From assembly GCF_001194135.2 (NCBI RefSeq), contig NC_068995.1:51160159-51223474 (forward strand): a stretch of 63,316 nucleotides of DNA, read 5' to 3'. The position numbers and the translations under genes are program-made. The DNA comes from Octopus bimaculoides (taxonomy: Eukaryota). The notes under the pieces were generated by a model that saw only the letters and a program-made list of their open reading frames with translations, searched no databases and had not been told where the DNA came from. Shown here one piece after another: positions 51,890 through 63,316 of the stretch (position 1 is the first letter of the stretch; each line of letters begins with the position of its first letter).

Positions 51890-52030
51890 GATTGATCCAA
51901 ATCCACTCACAAGGCTTTGATTGACTCAGGGCTATAGAAGAAGACACTTAGCCAAGATCTCATGCAGTGGAACTGAACCAGAAACCACATGGTTGAAAAG
52001 CAAGCTTCTTAACCACAGAGCTATAATGCC
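51890..52030 (-). mobile_element. SINE family A 5' half
   Basis: AATCCACTCACAAGGCTTTG...AGAAGACACTT...CTGAACCAGAAACCACATGGTTG. Confidence 0.75.
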
Positions 52031-52536
52031 GATGGAAATAGTTTTAAGAAATCTACATTGAAATTGTATGTGACAAGCCAGCAGGATGGCTGTACCAACA
52101 AATTTTCTTAAACGTCTTCTAGCAATTTGTCTTATTAGTAAGAAGTAGGTATGAATTAGTGAGAGGACAAGTCTATAATCTAGCTTATCTTATGACAGGT
52201 TAGTTAATGTCTTGGGCAGGAGATGGGGCATGGGGAAGAGCGGTGTTGGATACTTGCTAGAACTGACATTTACAGTTTTAAACATGTGAGAATCTGTGTG
52301 GGTGTATGTGTGTGTGTGTGTGTGTGTTGCACATGGAAATAATGTGCATTTGTAAATGTGAAGGCATATGTGGGTGTACATGCGTGTGTGCGTTCCATGT
52401 AGAGATAATGTGCAGGTGTAAATGTGAAGGTATGTATGTGTGTGTATGTGCATGGGTAGATGTGCTTGTTGTTGCACATGCACATATAATGTACAGCTGT
52501 AAATTTGTGTGTGTGTGTGAGTCTGAATTGCACAAA

Positions 52537-52900
52537 CATCATCGTCATTGTTTAATGTTCACCTTCTATGCTGGCATGGGTTGGCTGGTTTCACAGAAGC
52601 TGGCCAGGCAGGAGCTTGCACCAGACTTCTGTGTCTGTTTTGGCAGGGTTTTTAATGCTGGATGCCCTTCCTAACACCAACTACCTAATAGAGTGGACTG
52701 AATGCTTTTTACATGGCACAAGCACAGGCGAGGTCAGTTTTGGCATGGTTTTTATGGCTAGATGCCCTTCCAAATGCCAACCACTTTACAGTGTGGACTG
52801 GATGTTTTACACACAGCACCAACACTGGCAGGGTCACCAAGTAACTTGCAAGACAAAGATCCTTTGATAGGGGAAGGGGCATTGGAGGAGGAGATCTTGT
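52537..52900 (-). mobile_element. RTE-related 3' UTR copy with internal duplication
   Basis: Two GGATGCCCTTCC...ACCA blocks; similar to 35512-35760. Confidence 0.75.
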
Positions 52901-53207
52901 GTCAGATGATGTATATAATATGTGAACTGTTAAAAATAGCAACAAAAATCTTCCTCAAATCACACCCTGCCGTTTTGAATAAAGAAATAAAGCATTGAAA
53001 TATGTATTAGATTATCTTAAAAAGTTAGGAGGGTCATATTTGGAATGCTTTTGATCATGGGTTTGCTTGACCAGAGCTGGTCTCAGGCTGAACAACATCT
53101 GTGAACATGTGAGGTTGTGTGTGTATACAATGGAAGGGTTATGTGTGTGTGAGTGCATGCATGCGCATGTATAAATATATATGCATGTGTATATATATGT
53201 ATGTGTT

Positions 53208-53251
<44 letters not shown>

Positions 53252-53298
53252 TGTGTACATACATGTTTGTACATGTATATATATTTATTGTGTATGTG

Positions 53299-53431
53299 TG
53301 TTGGCGTTAGGAAGGGCATCCAGCTGTAGAAACTCTGCCAAATTAGATTGGAGCCTGGTGTTGCCATCCAGTTTCACCAGTCCTCAATCAAATCGTCCAA
53401 CCCATGCTAGCATGGAAAGCGGACGTTAAAC

Positions 53432-53462
<31 letters not shown>
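53299..53462 (+). mobile_element. Short, young RTE 3' end within (TA)/(TG)/(CA) microsatellite
   Basis: GTTGGCGTTAGGAAGGGCATCC...GCGGACGTTAAAC(GAT)n, with microsatellite on both sides. Confidence 0.85.
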
Positions 53463-53463
<1 letters not shown>

Positions 53464-53492
53464 CATATATATATATATTATTTACATCTATC

Positions 53493-53524
<32 letters not shown>

Positions 53525-53554
53525 TATACATATGCATATATACATACGTATATG

Positions 53555-53615
<61 letters not shown>

Positions 53616-54299
53616 TATCATATGATTGAACGGCACACATCCTCTTCCAAGTAAGTTTTATCTATATGTATACGTATATATATATGCACACATGATCCAT
53701 GCATGTGTAGAACATTAAGAGCGAACATTAAAAATGATGCTTTCACACACACACACACACACCTGTACAAGTAGTAAATCTGTGTCACTTGTAAATCCAA
53801 TTATTGTGTGTATGTGTGTGTGTTTGTATACAAACACAAACAGAAAGGCAGATGAGGCAGTCAGTCAGTCAGTCGGACCTGATATGCCACGAGAAGGAAA
53901 CTGAAAAGATCACTGACCTCCAGAAGCGAGACTCATTTCTTTGTTGTGTCAACAAATCAACTGTCTTTTAAACCCACTCCACACCACACCACACCACACC
54001 ACACCCCTCCACACCACACCACACACATACATCTATCTGATGCCAAAGACACTAATCAAGCCACTACACTTCCCACTGTTGACTTAGTCTCTCTTGGCTT
54101 TATTTGGAATTATTGTTTTTATTTCTTGAAGGTTTTTGTTCTTTTCTTTTTTTTGTTTTAATTTACAGTTCCCTATTAACAGCCGCCAAGTGGTTTTTGT
54201 TGTTGTTTGTTGTTATTTTTGCTATCTTTGTTATTGTTCTTTTTTTTGTTGGTGTTGAGAAAGTTTCTCCACTTGTCTGGATGATCAGCTCTGATGCGG

Positions 54300-54660
54300 A
54301 AATCGTTCTTTTGCTGCTGCTGCTGTTGTTGCTGTTGTTGTTGTTGGTGGTGGTGGTAGGAAATGTTCGAGAGCTGGAAGCCTTTGGACTGTCTAGAAAT
54401 AGCAGCCAAATTCCTTGTAATCACATCGTACATCATTTTCCTCCTCATCACCACCATCACCATCGATCTTCTTCATCATCATCATCATCATCATTATCCA
54501 TCTCATCATCATAACCACCTTTACCTCTGTTCTTCATCATCACCATTATCATTATCATCATCATCACCACCATTCAACATCATCATCATCATTCAACATC
54601 ATCATCATCATTCAACATCATCATCATCATTCAACATCATCATCATCATTCAACATCATC
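54300..54660. repeat. (GTT/GCT)n and (CAT)n/(CATCATCATTCAA)n low-complexity tract running into a gap
   Basis: Read directly. Confidence 0.85.
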
Positions 54661-55297
54661 NNNNNNNNNNNNNNNNNNNNNNNNNNNNNNNNNNNNNNNN
54701 NNNNNNNNNNNNNNNNNNNNNNNNNNNNNNNNNNNNNNNNNNNNNNNNNNNNNNNNNNNNNNNNNNNNNNNNNNNNNNNNNNNNNNNNNNNNNNNNNNNN
54801 NNNNNNNNNNNNNNNNNNNNNNNNNNNNNNNNNNNNNNNNNNNNNNNNNNNNNNNNNNNNNNNNNNNNNNNNNNNNNNNNNNNNNNNNNNNNNNNNNNNN
54901 NNNNNNNNNNNNNNNNNNNNNNNNNNNNNNNNNNNNNNNNNNNNNNNNNNNNNNNNNNNNNNNNNNNNNNNNNNNNNNNNNNNNNNNNNNNNNNNNNNNN
55001 NNNNNNNNNNNNNNNNNNNNNNNNNNNNNNNNNNNNNNNNNNNNNNNNNNNNNNNNNNNNNNNNNNNNNNNNNNNNNNNNNNNNNNNNNNNNNNNNNNNN
55101 NNNNNNNNNNNNNNNNNNNNNNNNNNNNNNNNNNNNNNNNNNNNNNNNNNNNNNNNNNNNNNNNNNNNNNNNNNNNNNNNNNNNNNNNNNNAATCAGACT
55201 CTCCGTACTCGAAAATGGGGGATTCTGTAAAAAAAAAAAACGAAAGTGGGGGTGGTCCACATTCTTTATGTCTGCCGCCTGTGGCAATATCGGATAG

Positions 55298-55352
55298 ATC
55301 AGTGATTCCCAACTAGGGTCCATACAATCCCTGGAGGTCCATATAAAAGTCC
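55298..55352. mobile_element. Possible hAT-type MITE end
   Basis: CAGTGATTCCCAAC resembles hAT termini; the partner end was not found. Confidence 0.3.
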
Positions 55353-55355
55353 CCA

Positions 55356-55458
55356 GTCAAATCGTCCAACCCATGCCAGCATGGAAAGCAGGCATTAAAT
55401 GATGATGACGATGATGATGATGATGATGAGATAGATAGATAGATAGACAGATAGACAA

Positions 55459-55503
<45 letters not shown>

Positions 55504-55512
55504 TAGATAGAT
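55356..55512 (+). mobile_element. RTE 3' end followed by (GAT)n, (GATA)n and (GACA)n
   Basis: GTCAAATCGTCCAACCCATGCCAGCATGGAAAGC. Confidence 0.75.
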
Positions 55513-56051
55513 AGAGAGGTGAATGGGTGTCATTTAGCAGTGTGAAGATAAACAAGAGATGATGCTGGGTTTTGATTATAGAGTAAGAAGTGAAACCTTG
55601 GAACTATCAAATGTACCTTGAATAACTAGTTTCAGTAATGATGATTAACGGTGAGGAGCTGCTAAGAATAGATAAGACAGATAAATGAGGTTGGACAGGA
55701 GATGGTGGTGGTGGGACTTCTGTAACTGAAAGAGGATGGGTGTGGGGGGGAGCTGCTAAGGTGAAGAAGAAGTAAGTAAGTGATGGTGTTGACTGGGAAA
55801 AGTTCTGTGTCTGTTGTGGTTCGTGAGGGAGAAGGTGCCAATGTGATAACATTTGACTGAAGTGATTCCCTAATTTTCACACTTCACATTTATCAACAAT
55901 ATTAAGCTAACGGCAATTGCTCTACCTTCGACCCCCACTCTCTCTCTCTCCCCTATGTTGATAGTGTTAGCATGAAGGCTAGATCCCTATGGTAGTGGAG
56001 TGAGAGATCCTACTCAATACTCAACAGTTGATGGCACTCACTGATATATAT

Positions 56052-56281
56052 ATCATCATCATCATCCTCATTTAATGCCCGCTTTCCATGCTGGCATGGG
56101 TTGGACGGCTTGACTGAGGACTGGCAAGCCAGAAGGCCGTACCAGGTTCCAATCTGATCTGGCAAGGTTCCTACAGCTGGATGCCCTTCCTAACGCCAAC
56201 CACTCCGAGAGTGTAATTTGTGCTTTTTACATGCCACTGGCACCAGAGCCAGTCAGGCGGTACTGGCATCGACTATGCTTG
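56052..56281 (-). mobile_element. RTE 3' UTR copy; tail next to short (TA)n
   Basis: Reverse complement of the shared UTR with one 66-bp unit. Confidence 0.85.
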
Positions 56282-56329
56282 ACTATATGCACATACTTAT
56301 CCTCACATACAGACACACATTCACAGGGA

Positions 56330-56495
56330 TGTGTTGATGTCCCCATTACTTAGCGGTTCAGCAAAAGAAACCAATAAAATAAATACCAGGCTTTAAAAAA
56401 TAATAAGTACCGAGATTGACAAATTCGATTAAAATTCTTCAAAGTGGTGCCCCAGCATGGCCGCAGTCTAATGACTGAAACCAGTAAAAGATAAA
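56330..56495 (+). mobile_element. SINE family A-like 3' half
   Basis: CTTAGCGGTTCAGCAAAAGAAACCAATAAAATAAATACC...CCAGCATGGCCGCAGTCTAATGACTGAAAC. Confidence 0.75.
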
Positions 56496-57274
56496 AATTG
56501 GAAAGGAAGCTATTAGAACAGTAATGCAGTGTGTGGGTGAGTTTTGTGTGCATCTGCAATGTTTGTATTACCTCAAGAAATTCTGAAAGGCCAATCTGCT
56601 TCGTTAAGCTTACTAATTATTAGCATCTCAAAGAGATTTTGTTTACATCTAAAGTGGAATAAATATCTGGACTTGAAATACCTTGAGGTATAATGATTAA
56701 TTTGTAATTATTTTGCAGAACAAAATTCGTTATCATCATTCCCAAGCAGCTAACCTATAAATTAGCTTCCTTTTCTCTCTTGCTTTCTCTTGTGCTCTCT
56801 CTCCCCACCTCTCTCTCACTTGTACTTTCACCCTTCTGCTCTCTCTTCCCCTCTTTTTCACTTTTGCTCTCACTCTTGTGCACTCTCTCCCCTCACTCTC
56901 ACTTGTGCTCTCTCTTTCTCTTTCTCTCATTTGTACTCTCTCTCTCTCTCTCTCTTTTTGTCACTGTCTGTGTGTATATATGTGTAATATAAGTGAAGGG
57001 AGAGGAGAGAAAATAGTAATTCAGTGAAGGAGAAGTAGTGAGAGTAATAGCGCTGACTGAGAGAGAGTGAGAGAAAGTAAAAGCAATAGAGAAAGGAAGG
57101 GGTGGAAAAAAAAATCAGCGTTTTAACTGTGTGAGTATATGTGTGTATGTGTGTGCGTGTACAAGGGAAGTATGTAAATGTTTGTATATGCGATTATTAT
57201 GTACCTTATTTATATATAAAATACTACAATTAGCCATCATTTTTGATGGTACTGGGTCAGCTAGTATATATTAT

Positions 57275-57555
57275 AAGCATCCAGTCCACACTGTAAAGTG
57301 GTTGGCATTTAGAAGGGCTTCCAACTGTAAAAACCATGCCAAAACTGACCTCACCTGTGCTGGTGCCACATTATAAGCACGCAGCCCACTCCATGGAGTA
57401 GTTGGTGCTAAGAAGGGCATCCAGCCATAAAAAACCCCTACCAAAACAGACATAGTAGTCTGGCACAGTCTTCTGTCTGGTCAGCTCCTACCAAACCGTC
57501 TGACCCATGCCAGTATGGAAAGCGGACGTTAAATGATGATGTCGATAATGATGAT
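57275..57555 (+). mobile_element. RTE-related 3' UTR copy with duplicated block
   Basis: Two GTTGG...AGAAGGGC.TCCA blocks; ends GCGGACGTTAAATGATGATG. Confidence 0.75.
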
Positions 57556-58048
57556 CCATTATATTGATCTGTGAAGGAATGTTCATGTAACAGTCTAGAC
57601 TCTCACTGCCATAAATGCAATAGTTCAGTGATTGATTCATTGGAAACCTGTAACGAATGATTGCATTGTTTGTAAATTGTGACTCGAAGTAAATAAATTA
57701 AACAGATGTAAATATAACTGCACGCATATACACACGTTTGCGTTGGCGTGGATACTTCTTGGGAGAGTATGTAAAGCGATAGCTTCTTTGCTTGGGTGTG
57801 TCTGTTTATGAATTTGAAAAGGGTTAAAAAAAAAGTGTTAGTGGTGGTGGTGGTGGTGGTGGAGGGGGGGGCTGTGCTTAAATTTGATCAGTTTCTTTCT
57901 CTCACACTGTTGAAGAGATTTGTAAACCATTAACTGTTGTCTTGTTCTTTCTCACATATCATCTCCCTACTCCCCCCCTCTCTCATGTACACATACACGA
58001 ATCAGCCTATATCACTCTCTTTCACACGCACTCACTGGTCTGTCTCTT

Positions 58049-58079
<31 letters not shown>

Positions 58080-58229
58080 TGCACACCCACCCTAAAAATA
58101 TAAGGGAAATAACTCGTCTGTGTGTTTTTTTTTTTAAATCAAGACACCTAACCCATAAGAATCACTTGAACCCCCTTTCTAAACTTCAGTCTATTTAATT
58201 TTCAATATTTTATAAGTGTCTGATAGTTT

Positions 58230-58460
58230 TGCAGGTATGGTGTGTGGTTAAGAAGTTTGCTTCCCAACCACATGGTTTCAGGTTCAAACCCACCTTTGAG
58301 TAACTTGCTATAACTCTGGGCTGGTGAAATCCTTGTTACTTAATTTTGTGTATGGAAACTGTAAGAAACCCATTGTATACATACATACATATATATATGT
58401 GTGTATATATATATATACATATATATATATATGTGGAGGCACGTGGCCTAGCGGTTAGGA
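58230..58460 (+). mobile_element. SINE A head, (TA)n, then a truncated tRNA-like head (TGGCCTAGCGG A box)
   Basis: Motif similarity to other copies. Confidence 0.6.
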
Positions 58461-59623
58461 ACAAAAACAAACAAAAAAGAAAAATCTCGTAGTTTTGTAT
58501 TTTGTTAAAATTCCTTGACAACTGGTTATTCTTGTTAAACAAAATGGAAAAGAAACAAAGAAAGGATATTTAGTGAGGAAATAGGTCGTTCATTTAAAAA
58601 TGCTTTTGTCTTTTCCACACTTATTTTCACATGGAATACATGTAACTTCATTTGTGGTTATGAGTTTGTATAGGGGTCACTGTTTTTTTCTTTTTGTATT
58701 TGATTTTTTTGTTTTTGTTTTGGGTTGTGGGTAAGTGAAGATGAGTTTCCATGCTCTGTTTCCAGTACTTGAGGAAGATTCAGCAATGGAGGAATCTCTG
58801 TGTTGTCATAGTTGTTCAATTTGCTAGAAATAACAGCTAACTCTTTCTCAAAACATGAACAGTGTAGGCCGAGGTGTGTGTGTGTCTCACCACCACTTAA
58901 CAACCAGTGTTGGTGTATTTACATTACAGTAACTTTGCAGTTTGGCAAAAAGATCGATAGAAAAAGTGCCAGACTTTAAACATAAACAGTACTGGGGGTT
59001 GATTCATTTGTGCTCCAGCATGGCCGCAGCCTAATGATTGAAACAAGTAAAAAGATTAAAAGTGATATTTAATCTCAGTATAAAACTAAGATTTGCTTTT
59101 AAACAACAAGGCTTTTAACAGTTTTAAAGAGGGTTAAACTGACTAGTTTTATTGTCATTATGACATGTCAGAATTAATTTAACCTTCCTTCCAAATTACT
59201 GAAAGACTTCTGGCTGCTGTTTCTAGCTGGCTGAGTGACCATGTGAAAATACCCTTGCTGGATTGGCCAGTGAAGCAATTGTTCTTTAGGGTGTGCATTT
59301 TCTTCTTTGTTTGGTTTTACAATTCAGTATTTTCCTCATCATGACTCACTCAGCCACAAAATTGAAAGTTGTTCCTGACAAGTAATCCTGTGTTCGCCTA
59401 AACGACCACAATACAGAAGTTAATAACAAACACTGGCCATGTTATTGTTGTTGTTGTTAGCTCTATTTTTCCAAAAGAAAGTCCCTCAAAAAGTCCCTAC
59501 ATCTGTCTCATGACCTCAGGGTCTTTTTCGTTTTTCAAATCCTATATTGCGTTTTGTGAATGACAGCATCACTGGTTATAGGTTTTCAATGGGTCTGTTG
59601 TTGGTTCCAGTATTTACTGTAAC

Positions 59624-59827
59624 TCTTTTACTCTTTTACTTGTTTCAGTCATTTGACTTCGGCCATGCTGGAGCACCACCTTTAGTCAAGCAAATCGACC
59701 CCAGGACTTATTCTTTGTAAGCCTAGTACTTAGTCTATCGGTCTCTTTTGCCGAACCGTTAAGTTACGGGGACGTAAACACACCACCATCGGTTGTCAAG
59801 CGATGGTGGGGGGACAAACACAGACAC

Positions 59828-59868
<41 letters not shown>

Positions 59869-60220
59869 NNNNNNNNNNNNNNNNNNNNNNNNNNNNNNNN
59901 NNNNNNNNNNNNNNNNNNNNNNNNNNNNNNNNNNNNNNNNNNNNNNNNNNNNNNNNNNNNNNNNNNNNNNNNNNNNNNNNNNNNNNNNNNNNNNNNNNNN
60001 NNNNNNNNNNNNNNNNNNNNNNNNNNNNNNNNNNNNNNNNNNNNNNNNNNNNNNNATACAACGGGCTTCTTTCAGTTTCCGTCTACCAAATCTACTCACA
60101 AGGTTTTGGTCGGCCCGAGGCTAGAGTAGAAGACACTTGCCCAAGGTGCCACGCAGTGGGACTGAACCCGGAACCATGTGGTTGGTAAGCAAGCTACTTA
60201 CCACACAGCCACTCCTGCCT
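59624..60220 (-). mobile_element. SINE family A, full length, with a gap in the internal (TA)n
   Basis: Both halves closely match 31855-32245 and retain CpGs. Confidence 0.88.
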
Positions 60221-60222
60221 GT

Positions 60223-60285
60223 CTGGAATCGATCTCGGAGTCTTGGGGTTAGTAGCCTGCACTCTTAACCACTACGCCATATTCC
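60223..60285 (-). mobile_element. tRNA-derived Pol III head (SINE head or tRNA pseudogene)
   Basis: Minus strand GGAATATGGCGTAGTGGTTAAGAGTGCAGGCTACTAACCCCAAGACTCCGAGATCGATTCCAG; A box and B box present; 3' T-stem and acceptor strand missing. Confidence 0.6.
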
Positions 60286-60329
60286 TGTAAATAATGTACA
60301 TAATTCCTCATCTCTTAAATATAGAATAA

Positions 60330-60446
60330 CAAAGCTTTGGTTGGCCCGAGGCTATAGTAGAAGACACTTGCCCAAGGTACCACACAGTGGGACTGAACCT
60401 GGAGCCATGTGGTTGGTAAGCAAGCTACTTACCACACAGCCACTCC
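60330..60446 (-). mobile_element. Second SINE family A head
   Basis: Near-duplicate of about 60105-60215. Confidence 0.8.
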
Positions 60447-60482
60447 ATATATATGTCAATTAATAGTAAGAGTGGGAGTTAT

Positions 60483-60649
60483 GTAATCATTTTTATTCGC
60501 TTACAGCTGCTTCTGCTGTGAGAAGCGTTGCACACAGAGCTGAGTGCTTGTGTACTGTGACGAAGCTATAAGGTGTTGCACATGCACTTAGCTCTGAGTG
60601 CGTTGCTTCCCACGGCAGAAACAGCTGTAAGCTAATGGAGATGATTAAC
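60483..60649. repeat. Long imperfect palindrome (hairpin or foldback MITE-like)
   Basis: Core arms of about 55 bp between 60499 and 60632 begin GCTTACAGCTG and end CAGCTGTAAGC; loop about 25-30 bp. Confidence 0.85.
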
Positions 60650-62082
60650 TTTTCTTTTTATGTCTGTACTTGCCTAATGCTTTACTCTAAAGCATATTTG
60701 CGTTCTGTGCGTGTGTGTGTGTGTGTGTGTGCGTGCGTGTGTGTGTGTGTGCGTGTGTGTGTGTGTGTCGTGATAATTAGGGCTCGACAGATATCATGAC
60801 AACCCAATAAAGCAAGTTCTATAGGCATGGTGGGCACATGAGAATTAAGGTCCTACAGATGTTGTGGTCGTCAGACAAGGGTTCCACAGATGTAAGGAAT
60901 CCTAAAAGAATAGGTTTATTAAGTAGAGATGTTTAATGAACCTGACAGGGCCATCTGGACCCTGCCTGTATAGACAAGGTGCACTTGAACAAGTTGTTAT
61001 ACTGATGCTGCTGTCCATGACGACGACAACGATGGTGATGATGGTGGTGGTGGTGGTGGTGATGATGATGATGACCTTGTTGCTGTTGTTTTGTTGGTAT
61101 GGGGGGTAGTATTTGTGGTGGGGNNNNNNNNNNNNNNNNNNNNNNNNNNNNNNNNNNNNNNNNNNNNNNNNNNNNNNNNNNNNNNNNNNNNNNNNNNNNN
61201 NNNNNNNNNNNNNNNNNNNNNNNNNNNNNNNNNNNNNNNNNNNNNNNNNNNNNNNNNNNNNNNNNNNNNNNNNNNNNNNNNNNNNNNNNNNNNNNNNNNN
61301 NNNNNNNNNNNNNNNNNNNNNNNNNNNNNNNNNNNNNNNNNNNNNNNNNNNNNNNNNNNNNNNNNNNNNNNNNNNNNNNNNNNNNNNNNNNNNNNNNNNN
61401 NNNNNNNNNNNNNNNNNNNNNNNNNNNNNNNNNNNNNNNNNNNNNNNNNNNNNNNNNNNNNNNNNNNNNNNNNNNNNNNNNNNNNNNNNNNNNNNNNNNN
61501 NNNNNNNNNNNNNNNNNNNNNNNNNNNNNNNNNNNNNNNNNNNNNNNNNNNNNNNNNNNNNNNNNNNNNNNNNNNNNNNNNNNNNNNNNNNNNNNNNNNN
61601 NNNNNNNNNNNNNNNNNNNNNNNNNNNNNNNNNNNNNNNNNNNNNNNNNNNNNNNNNNNNNNNNNNNNNNNNNNNNNNNNNNNNNNNNNNNNNNNNNNNN
61701 NNNNNNNNNNNNNNNNNNNNNNNNNNNNNNNNNNNNNNNNNNNNNNNNNNNNNNNNNNNNNNNNNNNNNNNNNNNNNNNNNNNNNNNNNNNNNNNNNNNN
61801 NNNNNNNNNNNNNNNNNNNNNNNNNNNNNNNNNNNNNNNNNNNNNNNNNNNNNNNNNNNNNNNNNNNNNNNNNNNNNNNNNNNNNNNNNNNNNNNNNNNN
61901 NNNNNNNNNNNNNNNNNNNNNNNNNNNNNNNNNNNNNNNNNNNNNNNNNNNNNNNNNNNNNNNNNNNNNNNNNNNNNNNNNNNNNNNNNNNNNNNNNNNN
62001 NNNNNNNNNNNNNNNNNNNNNNNNNNNNNNNNNNNNNNNNNNNNNNNNNNNNNNNNNNNNNNNNNNNNNNNNNNNNNNNNNN

Positions 62083-62690
62083 AATGGTGATGTTGGTGTC
62101 TGATGTGGTGGTGGTGGTGGTGGTGGTAGATGTGGTGGCAATGGTAGTGGTGGTAGATGTATTGGTGATGATGGTGGCAGATGTGGTGGTGGTGGTGGTG
62201 GTGATAGAAGTATTATTGTTGAAGTAAAGGACCCTAAGAGATTGGGGTTGGCTGGAAATATTTCTAATCTGACAGAGCCATGTGGACCATGCCACTATAG
62301 ACCAGATGGACATGGTTAGATGCACGGATGGTGGTGGTGGTAGCAGTATGACACCCTGCTCTGGTAATATAATGGTAATAATGGTTATGCTGACGTGAAG
62401 TGGTAGATACATTTTATAGTGGGGGTTGTAGTGGTGGTACTGGTGATTACCAAACTAGTGACGATGATTATAATGGTGTTGGGGATGGTGATGATATGAT
62501 GGTGGTGGTGATGGTGATGATGTGGTGGTGGTGGTGGTGGTGATGATGGTGGTGGTGGTGGTGATGATGGTGGTGGTGGTGGTGATGGTGATGATATGAT
62601 GGTGGTGGTGGTGATGATGATGGTGTTGGGGATGGTGGTGGTGGTGGTGATGATATGGTGGTTGTTGCTGTTGTTGCTGTAGCAATGTAC
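62083..62690. repeat. (GGT)n/(GAT)n low-complexity tracts next to a gap
   Basis: Read directly; source of poly-His/Pro/Thr ORFs. Confidence 0.85.
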
Positions 62691-62825
62691 ATTTGAATTG
62701 AAACAAAGGAGAAAAAAGGGACCATCCTATTGGCAATAGATTTACAGTGGTTTGAATGGCCTTTACTGCTATATCTGAATTAACAGACTTAGAGACTGGA
62801 GACTGAGAACTCATTTTAACACTGA

Positions 62826-62856
<31 letters not shown>

Positions 62857-63277
62857 AGAAGAAGAAGGTTGTGTGTGTAGAATGAGCAGCAGAAGTGGTG
62901 GCTGTGATGTGGAATGGAAGTGGAAGAGGTTACTTGTTATAGAAAGCAAATATAATCTTCAAACACAAAACCAGAAAAAAATATATATATATAACATGCA
63001 AACAAACAATACAATACAATAAAGAAACTTCAAAACCTCTCTTGCATTGCACTTTTCTGTTTGTAAATAGCAAATAAACTGTCTTGCATAATAAACACAC
63101 GCACACACATACATGCACACACACACATGTATACACACACTCATCATCATTGTCCTTTTAACATCCACTTTTCCATGCTTGCATGGGTTAGATGGAAGTT
63201 GTTGAAGTAGATTTTTTACAGCTGGTTCAGAGAGAGAGGTGAAGAGATAGACAAAGATATAGAGAGGTAGATAGATA

Positions 63278-63316
<39 letters not shown>

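Noticed and set aside
53869-53972. Possible C9orf85 exon 3 (QSDLICHEKETEKITDLQKR...), with KETEKI echoing the recalled human sequence
   Set aside because: The upstream sequence is purine-rich with no polypyrimidine tract, and a six-residue match to a remembered sequence is weak evidence.
60223-60285. Functional tRNA gene
   Set aside because: The 3' T-arm and acceptor strand are missing; it is embedded among SINE heads.
40530-63316. Long ORFs rich in X, YI, TH/CV, poly-His or poly-Val
   Set aside because: Artefacts of N gaps and of (TA)n, (CA)n, (CAT)n and (GGT)n microsatellites.

Overview
AT-rich, microsatellite- and retroposon-dense animal draft-genome DNA with many N gaps (largest 42721-43399, 54661-55190, 61124-62082). 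The repeat families suggest an octopus or other coleoid cephalopod (inference). Two protein-coding genes point away from each other, with only 522 bp between their start codons. (1) A complete two-coding-exon ABHD17 depalmitoylase on the minus strand (26141-25495 and 548-326; 289 aa; intron about 24.9 kb). (2) A C9orf85/DUF2039 Cys-rich gene on the plus strand (26664-26872 and 50892-51017; intron about 24.0 kb; 3' end unresolved). From memory, human ABHD17B and C9orf85 are arranged head-to-head in the same way, which makes this a candidate ancient bidirectional gene pair. The shared promoter carries a perfect CRE, an overlapping ETS-CRE composite and paired ETS-like sites, and sits in a broad CpG-retaining zone. 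The rest of the window is intronic or intergenic: many 5'-truncated RTE LINE 3' ends, at least two tRNA-derived SINE families, mariner and maT transposase relics, piggyBac-like MITEs, several minisatellites and one long palindrome. No rRNA, intact tRNA or CRISPR array was seen. Repeat boundaries were set by eye and are approximate; family names come from recalled motifs, not database searches.
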